The position numbers were made by a program, and so were the translations under genes. The notes beneath the pieces are model-generated. The model was not told the origin of the DNA and ran no database searches. It saw only the letters and a list, made by a program, of their open reading frames with translations. Below are positions 55,897 through 63,733 of a stretch of DNA of 63,733 nucleotides, piece by piece. Origin of the DNA: a virus (Duplodnaviria; Caudoviricetes); IMG/VR virus record IMGVR_UViG_3300033146_001875, positions 1 through 63,733 of that record; one strand, given 5' to 3'. The first letter of the stretch is position 1. Every line of letters starts with the position of its first letter.

Positions 55897-57927
55897 CTAT
55901 TGGCTTATTTTAAGAGTGCCACTATCGTTCCATACTGCACCAACAACACTAGGGTCGGATGTAGGCAATGTATTTAAAATCAAATTACCACCATTTGTAT
56001 TATCTATAAACATTTTTATTGAGAATGGTATTGAAGCATGATTTTCGTCATACAGATTTATTCCAGCTCCGTGGCCATTTGAGTCTTTTGCTCTAAGCTC
56101 AAGAATGTTTCCATTTCTATTTAACACTCTATTCGAATTGGTGCCGTCATAGTCAAGGCTTATTGAATTTTTTATATGAAGATTACCTTGGTCCGAAAGC
56201 TTAGCCAAGTCTATTGGTGTGTCTTCTGCCGTTTTGAATTTAAAGTCAGAACCATAGAGATACATATCTGGACCATGAGTACCAGATCCAGAGTCATCAT
56301 TACGACCATATAGATTTATTCCAGCACCATCGGCAAGGGATTTTTTCCAGCCTCTTATCTGCAAGAACTCTCTGTTTGCATCAGTGCTGTAAGACAGTGG
56401 TTTAAAAGCATCGTGTGCCGTATCAGTTGCCTTCATAGCAAGATATGACCCTTTATATTGAGCATTTCCAGATGATGTTACATTGCTTACAAAGGTTGAC
56501 TCTTCGGTAACTGGGTCCCATGTTCTAATAGAATATGCTTCGCCATCCCTTATCGCAACATCCGTAGCAGACGAACTATATGTCGTAGATGGAGATAAAT
56601 TCTCACTATTAGTAGAATGAGCAGTGTCACCTATCCCGTATCTGTATAGATAGCCTTTGTAAGCAGTTGTTCCTCCAACTATTTTTTTAACATTTATGCC
56701 ACCACATAGAAAAGGCACACCATTAAATTTAGCTATAGTTAACCCCTCTGGCTCAACAACACTATTCCATTGAGAGTCAACACTTGGCACTGAGAAATCT
56801 ACAGTCTTTCTAACATTGCCTGACGGAGATACAATTATCATTTTTTTTGGTCTAGCTACAGAGCTATCTCCAAATAGCAGGAATGTGTCACCATTATATA
56901 GAGTAACACCTTGAAATGCCAATTCGCCAGTAGGAACTACATCATGTACTCTTAGTGTAATTTCTTTAAAATGTGATACCACAGCAGTTTCATCACCAGC
57001 TAAAATATCAGATAGGTTGTAGTATCTTATCATCTTTCTAGGACTGTATAATCCATCTGAAAACACAATAGCTACAACATTTGTTTCTGTATCAAGTGTA
57101 GGTACGGCATGATACCACTTAGTATTAAGAGTGTCTCCAGAGTCGTAGTCAGCCATAACTCTAATTCTAGTGCTGGTACCAGAACCCCAATTGTATATAG
57201 AAATTTTCTTACCAGCATTCATATACTTTGATACAACAACTCCACTATATTCAGTTATGTTCTCAACTGTTTGACCATCATCGGTACCACCAGAACCAAG
57301 GAAACATAATTCATCTGAGCTATTTAAAAAAGATTCAAAACCTTGATGACCAAACTTTGAAATTTCTTTGACAATTGGGCTAGATAGTGTCCCACCAGTT
57401 CCTAAGTCATATCTATATATCTTACCGCTCTCACTAGGAGCATAAGAGCCATCTCCATCTTTTACATTCTTATGTACATACAGCTTGTTATCGTGTATAG
57501 TAAGCCCCTGTAAATTACCCGTATTAGGTGTTTGACTTAAATCAAATGTAGCATATTTTTCCATATACTCTAGGTTGTCAGTTAACTCATCAAAAATATC
57601 ATTTTTTTTAGTTACACCATACCATGAAGCAGACTTTCTACCTTGGTATTGTCTTGCCCAACCATCAAATATAACTCCACCATCATTTTCAGTGGTTCTA
57701 GTGCTATCGTAAATAAATGCACCACCTCTTTTTAAGTCTCTTACCAACACAGCTAATCCGTCGTATTTATTAACTAAGCTTGTCATGTCTGATATTGTAT
57801 CTACAGAGATAGTTATATCAGAGGCATATATAGCTCTACCTACCGAACTGTTTTTATGTTCGATACTGAAGTCATGTTCAGTGTTATTTTCTAACCTTAA
57901 TGTAGCACCCATTATCTTATTCTCCAA
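55897..57927 (-). CDS. Tail spike / receptor-binding protein with probable beta-propeller
   Basis: N-terminal RGGAFIYD...DGG...GWARQ spike module; blade-like LQGL, GHQG, FQGV, EPEGL; C-terminal LPTSDP...WND. Confidence 0.75.
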   Translation of the reverse strand: MENKIMGATLRLENNTEHDFSIEHKNSSVGRAIYASDITISVDTISDMTSLVNKYDGLAVLVRDLKRGGAFIYDSTRTTENDGGVIFDGWARQYQGRKSASWYGVTKKNDIFDELTDNLEYMEKYATFDLSQTPNTGNLQGLTIHDNKLYVHKNVKDGDGSYAPSESGKIYRYDLGTGGTLSSPIVKEISKFGHQGFESFLNSSDELCFLGSGGTDDGQTVENITEYSGVVVSKYMNAGKKISIYNWGSGTSTRIRVMADYDSGDTLNTKWYHAVPTLDTETNVVAIVFSDGLYSPRKMIRYYNLSDILAGDETAVVSHFKEITLRVHDVVPTGELAFQGVTLYNGDTFLLFGDSSVARPKKMIIVSPSGNVRKTVDFSVPSVDSQWNSVVEPEGLTIAKFNGVPFLCGGINVKKIVGGTTAYKGYLYRYGIGDTAHSTNSENLSPSTTYSSSATDVAIRDGEAYSIRTWDPVTEESTFVSNVTSSGNAQYKGSYLAMKATDTAHDAFKPLSYSTDANREFLQIRGWKKSLADGAGINLYGRNDDSGSGTHGPDMYLYGSDFKFKTAEDTPIDLAKLSDQGNLHIKNSISLDYDGTNSNRVLNRNGNILELRAKDSNGHGAGINLYDENHASIPFSIKMFIDNTNGGNLILNTLPTSDPSVVGAVWNDSGTLKISQ

Positions 57928-58310
57928 GTTGAATTATTTTTTGTAGTCACTGTAACACCATTTTTGATAGTAATATCTCCAAAGCTGACAGCATTCATAT
58001 TTTCTGGTATAGTAACATCTTCACCAACAGCTGAGCCATGAAATTCTATAGCTGGTGCTATAGTTACATGAAGAGCATCTGCTACAGCGGAAATATCGGT
58101 TGTATTCCCTACAACAGTTTCTATATCGTCTTTAAGCACAATAACTGTGTTGATATTATCTTCCATTCCAGCAACAGTTGAGATATTATCTATATTGTTT
58201 CCGACTTCTTTTACCTTATGCAAAGTGAAGAGCGACTCTAAACTAGGCTTTATTCCAGTAAGCTTAACATCTATATAAGTCTTCACTTTATCCCAATTTT
58301 CTAATAACAT
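57912..58310 (-). CDS. Tail appendage/fibre-associated protein
   Basis: I..VA heptad repeats and TIP..NA...G.ITI..GVTVT C-terminus. Confidence 0.7.
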   Translation of the reverse strand: MLLENWDKVKTYIDVKLTGIKPSLESLFTLHKVKEVGNNIDNISTVAGMEDNINTVIVLKDDIETVVGNTTDISAVADALHVTIAPAIEFHGSAVGEDVTIPENMNAVSFGDITIKNGVTVTTKNNSTWRIR

Positions 58311-58345
58311 ATTGTTACACCTCCTATGTTTAATTTAACAAAACC

Positions 58346-58353
58346 ATTATAGC
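58346..58353 (-). promoter_or_regulatory. Sigma70-type -10 box (late promoter)
   Basis: GCTATAAT upstream of the AGGAGG RBS of ORF 58310. Confidence 0.45.
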
Positions 58354-58362
58354 TAATCAGAA

Positions 58363-59133
58363 CTATTTATTCCATGAGCTATGGTTCGTATTGTCTACTG
58401 ATACATTGTTTGGATAGTCATTCATGAGCTGTTTTTTTCTTACATAGAATCTTCTATATAGAACATCACTAACTTGTTCGTTTGCCATATTCATATACAT
58501 ATCACTTACATAATATTTTAATCCAGCTATTATGGCTGGTCTTAGAACCATCTCCATATCTTCGTCTATATCATTAAGCTGAGGTACTATAATAGCTACT
58601 CCTATAACTGGTATTGAATATGTGTCTCCATATCCAAATCGTCTCATATAACTACTGTTGAGTATATATGTATCTCCATTTAACCAACTTAAAAATTTAC
58701 CTATCGAACTTGTTGGTTCTGTATTTGAACCACTCTTTGAAACACTAGTAGTGATAACATCCAATAGGTGAACATAGTTATTAAACTTGCCATTTATGGT
58801 TGTGGTTTCTTCACCTACAGTGAGTCCACTCAAATTACATACTTTATCATTACTTGTTATTTGGTTTATCAAATTAATAACCGACTCTTCATTGAACACT
58901 GGTTCTGATAAAGAAATAGATGTTATAGAGTCTTCTTTGACTGACGAATATATGTTAAATAGGTTTTTCATATTATATTCTTCTGTGCAGTTGCTCACAG
59001 TGAATCCAAATACCTCTTTGAATATTTTAGTATCTCTAGCTATTTCATTTATTACATCTTGCATAACAGATGTTAAATCATCATCAGTTATAGACACATC
59101 CCTTACATATTTTTTATAATTATCTATATCCAT
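58363..59133 (-). CDS. Head-tail adaptor (N4 gp67 position)
   Basis: Directly downstream of TerL; start reassigned to MDIDNY (GAGGA RBS). Confidence 0.65.
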   Translation of the reverse strand: MDIDNYKKYVRDVSITDDDLTSVMQDVINEIARDTKIFKEVFGFTVSNCTEEYNMKNLFNIYSSVKEDSITSISLSEPVFNEESVINLINQITSNDKVCNLSGLTVGEETTTINGKFNNYVHLLDVITTSVSKSGSNTEPTSSIGKFLSWLNGDTYILNSSYMRRFGYGDTYSIPVIGVAIIVPQLNDIDEDMEMVLRPAIIAGLKYYVSDMYMNMANEQVSDVLYRRFYVRKKQLMNDYPNNVSVDNTNHSSWNK

Positions 59134-59134
59134 T

Positions 59135-61798
59135 TTAAAAATCCTCTGAAAATATATCTCTTGCATTGTCATCTGCATTAGAACCAAATACTATATTATC
59201 ATATCTAGTTGGTTCTGTCACATCAAATAATCCATCGACTGGATAAACTATATCTAAATCTATTAAACAGCTTATGGTGTCTATAACATCATCATGACGA
59301 GATGTTATCTTCTTGGAAGTTATACTAGATAGTTCATCTTTCGTCTCTTCCTTAAACACCTTATCTAAGCTATTGCTAAATGCTATTCTGTTTAATTTAA
59401 ATTCAGGTAACACATCCAGAAACCTACCAAATTTTTTATTCGTTGGTCTTATCTCTTGTATAGCAAAGTAAATAGATTCTTCAATCTTTCTCTCTTTAAT
59501 CCAACTAACAAAACCTTTCTGTTGTCCAGTCACTTCTATAGTCACAGTGAATGGTTTGTATTTTTTCACCAATGAAAACAAGTCTTTTATATTTTCTGAC
59601 ATTAGTTGCTTCTTACATATGCCATCTACTAATATCTTCTTTCTATCTTTATCTACAGCCCATACACTTATTACTGAGAAGTCAGCAGTAGCTTTCTCAC
59701 TTGTTGCAAAGTCTGTGCATATATAATAATTGTATTCTTTTCTTTTACCTTGTTCAAAATCAAGAAATACAATCTCATCAGCTTTAAGTAGCCTGTCATC
59801 TTCTGAAGCAATTTGTAGCATCATCTCTTGATAAAAAGAATCTAGTTTACCAGTCTTTTTAGCTTTTATGTACTGCTTAATTACAAAGTCATAACCAAAT
59901 CTATCTTCCCAAGAACCACGGAACTCTTCTTTTCTGCATGGAAATTTCTCACATACTGGAAATACATTTGCATACCATGCTCCAGATTCAACAGCTTTGT
60001 ATAAGGGGTCGCTAGCATTAAATGGAGTTCCCGACCATATAGTTTTTCTTCTGGTTGGATGCAAAGCATAGTCTATAGCTTTATATACTGTGTCTTCAAC
60101 CGACGAGATGACGGTATCAGATCTGGCATCTTCATCAGATATTAAATCATCAAGTATGGCTAGATATGGTCTTTGACCCATCTCTTTAGCACCACGAACA
60201 CCAGTATTGTGTGTTCTAAAATATTCATTTGATATAAATTGATGCTCATCATTATCAACAGCAATACACTGACTAGGTTCTGCCTCTATCTTATCTATAC
60301 TAACAATAGCCACAAGCTCTTTGGTTCTCTTCTTAAACCTAGCAGCTTTTCTTTTGAGTTTGAATGGATTATAGTTTATCCAAAGTTCTACCCTAAATAC
60401 TTTCTTGTTCATATTCTGCTTCTTTGCTGTTCCACCAAGGCTTCTTGTCAAACTAGATACATCATCAATAAGTCCCTTAGAGTTTGAAATAAACGATATT
60501 CTACCTCGCTTACTAGTAGTACCATTAATATCAAGTAAGCCAGATAGCAAATCAAGCCTTTGCTTTATTGAACCAAACATATATATATTTGGTATTCTTT
60601 TAAGGTCTCTATGTTTGACAATATCTAAGTCTCTAGCTATTTGTGAGATTTTTTTAATGCTTATTGATTCTGCAGTTCCATTTCTTTTATCTATATACGG
60701 AGTGCCTAGCTGATATGGAATCTTAGTTTTATAGAAAGCCATATCATCTATATGGGCATTAAGTACACAACTATCGTTTTTCTTCATAGAACCATCTCCT
60801 AGAAGCAATCCAAGAGTGTATGGGTCTAGTGGAAACTCTTTCTTAGAATAGACTAAAGGCTTGCAATTTTCAATAAACAGTAACCTATCGTTAGATACAC
60901 AATCAGGTCTATCCTGCTGTTCTCTTATTGTTGTGTGGAAGAGTTTTTCTTTTACTAGCTCATGTGTATAGAGGTCTCTTTTGACATATTTTGCCTTGTT
61001 GTTATAATCGACTTTTTGAACAACACTGTTGATATGTTCATCACTAACTTTGAGTTCTCTTCCATCTTCTAATACTATTTTGTACATATCTCTATGAAAT
61101 ACTTCACTCTTCTTAGTGATGGTAGTTAGTTTTCCGTCTGCACCAAATATTTTATCGCCGATACTACATTCTTCTATTGTGGTTATGCCGTCTTGTGTAT
61201 AGAGTATACTATCTAAACTAAGAGCTTTTGCTCCATACCCTTTGAATACAGTCGTCACTCCATTGAGGTTTACAAACTCCCATCTAGTATCAGTGAATCT
61301 AGCTTTAGGTACATATTTTTTTAAAAAGTCTGAATTGTTCCATCTAAATTCAAGATTCTTTCTCATATTTTTAACACCATTTTCAATACTGTCTGAAACA
61401 TATATCCCTAATGGTATCTTGCCAAAGCCTGATATTTTGTTATAGAGAGCTAGATACAATATTAAATATTCTCCAAACACAGCAGTCTTTGCTCCACCAC
61501 GATGAACCATATTTACTATATTCTCTTTAGAGCCATCTATCTTGTCCAACATCTTATAATGAAGAGAGGGAGTCTTATGTTCTTCTCCAGTAGAACCATT
61601 GACAAGCTTTATAAATACAACAAATTCCATAGCAAATTCAGATGGGGTGTATGTTGGGTCATTTGTATATTTAACCTCTCTTAACCATTCTTCAACAGTC
61701 TTTTTCTCTGCACTTGCTACACCTCTCGATCTATCAAGAGCCTTTATGTAGTCTTCTAAGTAATCATCTAGTTCACTTTGGATTATAGTATCACTCAT
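59135..61798 (-). CDS. terL: Terminase large subunit (N4 gp68 family) with intein
   Basis: HRGGAKT, GVRG...RPYLAILDDL, GTPFNASDPLY, TDFATSE...DFS, HDDVID. Confidence 0.95.
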   Translation of the reverse strand: MSDTIIQSELDDYLEDYIKALDRSRGVASAEKKTVEEWLREVKYTNDPTYTPSEFAMEFVVFIKLVNGSTGEEHKTPSLHYKMLDKIDGSKENIVNMVHRGGAKTAVFGEYLILYLALYNKISGFGKIPLGIYVSDSIENGVKNMRKNLEFRWNNSDFLKKYVPKARFTDTRWEFVNLNGVTTVFKGYGAKALSLDSILYTQDGITTIEECSIGDKIFGADGKLTTITKKSEVFHRDMYKIVLEDGRELKVSDEHINSVVQKVDYNNKAKYVKRDLYTHELVKEKLFHTTIREQQDRPDCVSNDRLLFIENCKPLVYSKKEFPLDPYTLGLLLGDGSMKKNDSCVLNAHIDDMAFYKTKIPYQLGTPYIDKRNGTAESISIKKISQIARDLDIVKHRDLKRIPNIYMFGSIKQRLDLLSGLLDINGTTSKRGRISFISNSKGLIDDVSSLTRSLGGTAKKQNMNKKVFRVELWINYNPFKLKRKAARFKKRTKELVAIVSIDKIEAEPSQCIAVDNDEHQFISNEYFRTHNTGVRGAKEMGQRPYLAILDDLISDEDARSDTVISSVEDTVYKAIDYALHPTRRKTIWSGTPFNASDPLYKAVESGAWYANVFPVCEKFPCRKEEFRGSWEDRFGYDFVIKQYIKAKKTGKLDSFYQEMMLQIASEDDRLLKADEIVFLDFEQGKRKEYNYYICTDFATSEKATADFSVISVWAVDKDRKKILVDGICKKQLMSENIKDLFSLVKKYKPFTVTIEVTGQQKGFVSWIKERKIEESIYFAIQEIRPTNKKFGRFLDVLPEFKLNRIAFSNSLDKVFKEETKDELSSITSKKITSRHDDVIDTISCLIDLDIVYPVDGLFDVTEPTRYDNIVFGSNADDNARDIFSEDF
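60206..61225 (-). mobile_element. 340-aa intein with LAGLIDADG homing endonuclease
   Basis: Starts ALSLDS, ends QCIAVD...RTHN before Thr+1; LGLLLGDG and LSGLLDING; removal restores GYGAK-TGVRG. Confidence 0.93.
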
Positions 61799-62489
61799 CT
61801 TCTATCTCAGCTTCTATAAATAGCTTCTTTTCTGCTATATCTTTTAGTGTTATACCACTCTCTAAAGCTTTCATTTCTGCTTGAACCAAGTCCGTTGTAG
61901 CTCTTCTTAAATCCTGTATCATATCAATGGAGCTTTCAGACATTTCATGTTGTAAAACTATCTTATTTTCATTTGGGTCTTTTAAGTGAGTCAATATCAT
62001 ATTTGCACTTTCCATATTAACTCTATGTCCAGCTGACACATCTGTTGACTTGTCTATGAGCACATTGAGTGCATCCACTTTAGCTTTGTTAAATAAGAGT
62101 CTTAATGGTATTTCAGACTGTGTTATTATATTTTGTACTAGCTTGTTTCTGTGATACAACACACTAGCTGACTGCATTGTACTCTCTGCTTTGCCCTCAG
62201 ATAATCTTCTCGCTAGTATCTCTGGAAATGTTTTCTCATAAGCATTTTGCACTGTATCACCAGCAGATAAGTATGTTACAAATTTAACCGCACTTAGATA
62301 TTGTTTCATCGTGTATCTACCATTAGCTAATACAGAACCATAATGTATAAAGTTATCTATAAATTCACCAGAATGAAAACTATCTGAGCCATCTATTTCA
62401 TTTATAACATCTACAAGTTCTTGTGTTATCATTTTCTTTCTCTTGCTAGGCATTAAGTTAGCAAGTTCATCTCTTGTTATGTTCGACAT
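61791..62489 (-). CDS. N4 gp69-like protein (putative terminase small subunit)
   Basis: YLSAVKFVTY, AYEKTFP, NKLVQNI, LTHLKDP; upstream of TerL. Confidence 0.8.
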   Translation of the reverse strand: MSNITRDELANLMPSKRKKMITQELVDVINEIDGSDSFHSGEFIDNFIHYGSVLANGRYTMKQYLSAVKFVTYLSAGDTVQNAYEKTFPEILARRLSEGKAESTMQSASVLYHRNKLVQNIITQSEIPLRLLFNKAKVDALNVLIDKSTDVSAGHRVNMESANMILTHLKDPNENKIVLQHEMSESSIDMIQDLRRATTDLVQAEMKALESGITLKDIAEKKLFIEAEIEDE

Positions 62490-62506
62490 ATCATCACACT
62501 CCTATT

Positions 62507-62695
62507 TTATATTATTTCCATAGCTTCTATGCTTGGAGCTGGTCTATAAAAGAAACTCTCTACTACTTCTGTTTCAATAGCATATATATCTTCAGTCCAA
62601 TACATAGCTGCTTCTTTTATGATGTCTATTTCTTCTTCACAATAACACCAATTAGGAAGCCAAGCTTCCTCTACTATAGTATTTTTTATTAATAT
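62507..62695 (-). CDS. Possible 62-aa acidic protein with ATA start
   Basis: AAGGA RBS and an open frame (LIKNTIVEEAWLPNW...) filling the gap; non-canonical start. Confidence 0.4.
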   Translation of the reverse strand: MLIKNTIVEEAWLPNWCYCEEEIDIIKEAAMYWTEDIYAIETEVVESFFYRPAPSIEAMEII

Positions 62696-62881
62696 GTGTT
62701 ATCCTTTCATGTGAGGAAGCCATAGTTTAATAATTTTTTTCCAATATAAAATTACTATTTTTTATTATTTTGTTTTTTTTCAATATGCCATAATTGATTT
62801 TTTCTTTAATGAGGTGTTCTTTTTCCTTAAGGTTTCAAAACGAACCGACATTTATTTTTTCTTATGGCTTCCTCTACTTAT

Positions 62882-63217
62882 CTACTGCTCAACTCTTTCT
62901 AAATCATCCCAATGCTTTTTTACTTCAGAAGCTTTAAAAGAACTGTTCCCTATATATAAAAAATAAGTTGAACGATCTATTTTCTCAACAAGTAATAAAC
63001 CAGCTTCTATTAAGTCTCTTTTAGCTCTAGCAACCTTGTCTCTTTGCCAACCTAAACAAGTAGCTACATATTCGTCATTTAGCTGAAATCCATTTTTGTA
63101 TCCAGCTACAAAACAATAATATCTAAAGCTGTAGTCTTTTATTTCCTTATTCCTTGCAACATTATTGTCTATCTTACTATACTTTGAATTAGCAAGAACC
63201 TTTCTTAAAATAGCCAT
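62882..63217 (-). CDS. Winged-HTH protein, paralog B of 18508-18912
   Basis: Aligns end to end with paralog A (DNNV.R, YCF.A..KNG, EY.A..LG, LLLV, YIG.S...AS..K..W); AGGGG RBS; TGGTACAAT at 63247-63255. Confidence 0.85.
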   Translation of the reverse strand: MAILRKVLANSKYSKIDNNVARNKEIKDYSFRYYCFVAGYKNGFQLNDEYVATCLGWQRDKVARAKRDLIEAGLLLVEKIDRSTYFLYIGNSSFKASEVKKHWDDLERVEQ

Positions 63218-63305
63218 TATAACCCCTATATTAAATTTATTCGCATATTGTACCACAAAACAGAACCATGTCAATAATATATATACCAAACCCCTAAAAG
63301 ACTGA

Positions 63306-63395
63306 GTGTATGAAATATACGACATATAGATGTACTAAAAATACGACATTGGGTGTATGAAATATACGACACTAATAAAGACACTTATATATTAA
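63306..63395. promoter_or_regulatory. Iteron-like repeat array B (candidate origin or operator)
   Basis: GTGTATGAAATATACGACA at 63306-63324 and 63353-63371, a degenerate copy at 63330-63348, then AATAAAGAC and an AT-rich run. Confidence 0.7.
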
Positions 63396-63619
63396 TGACG
63401 GAACCCCCGTAAAACCCGTGTTCTCTGAACTCCCCCTAACCAGTCCCTCGGCACAGGTGCCTTCGGTCTGTATTCGGCATTTTAAGCATACTACAAGACC
63501 TTAATATATTTCACTAAGGTATTTTATCGTTTTAGATATTTAAAGAGCTTCTATGTGCTTCAAAATGAGTATTGTATAAAGATGGGGGAATATATGTTTA
63601 TAAATGAAGTGAAAGTGAA

Positions 63620-63733
63620 AAAGTAAAAAAAGTTTTGAAAATATTTTTTTTTATTTATTGAGGTAGTACTTACTATACCATAGTAACACTCATTGGGGGT
63701 TCCCCCCCCATCTACATATCTTAATGCAAAATT
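63620..63733. repeat. Terminal direct repeat or overlap (right copy)
   Basis: Identical to 1-114. Confidence 0.95.

Noticed and set aside
28074-61684. Many short + strand ORFs inside the virion arm, and - strand ORFs inside the early arm
   Set aside because: Antisense shadows of long genes with Ser/Leu/Phe-rich composition and no RBS.
63306-63371. Mini CRISPR array (also considered for 18362-18407)
   Set aside because: Period is only 23-24 bp with 2-5 bp between repeats; no spacers and no cas operon. The Cas4-like gene fits the usual N4-type exonuclease.
63620-63733. 114-bp repeat as the true physical terminal repeat
   Set aside because: It ends exactly where the internal 26-bp repeat ends, a likely assembly branch point, and is shorter than N4 repeats (about 400 bp). 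Read-end mapping is needed; it is treated only as evidence of completeness.

Overview
The window is an apparently complete, AT-rich N4-like (Schitoviridae-type) podophage genome of about 63.6 kb. Bases 1-114 are repeated at 63620-63733. The + strand (1-27.6 kb) carries small early genes, a T7-like RNA polymerase, an AAA+VWA pair, ThyX, an exonuclease, an SF1 helicase, an N4-type primase, a Sak4-like ATPase, SSB and a RuvC-like resolvase. The - strand (27.6-63.3 kb) carries a 4195-aa cysteine-free virion RNA polymerase, ejection, capsid, portal and tail genes, a lysis cassette and an intein-containing terminase. Main departures from the N4 paradigm: (1) no DNA polymerase gene is recognisable; (2) two paralogous winged-HTH genes each sit beside their own iteron-like repeats, a shared AATAAAGAC AT-rich element and GC-rich hairpins, suggesting a dual origin/initiator system; (3) the middle RNAP is one polypeptide rather than two; (4) a CheY-like receiver with a natural Asp-to-Glu change at the phosphoacceptor is translationally coupled to the lysis genes; (5) the hexamer GAACCA/TGGTTC is strongly enriched, and there is a 70-nt poly(T) tract. 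All assignments come from motif reading by eye. No database searches were run.
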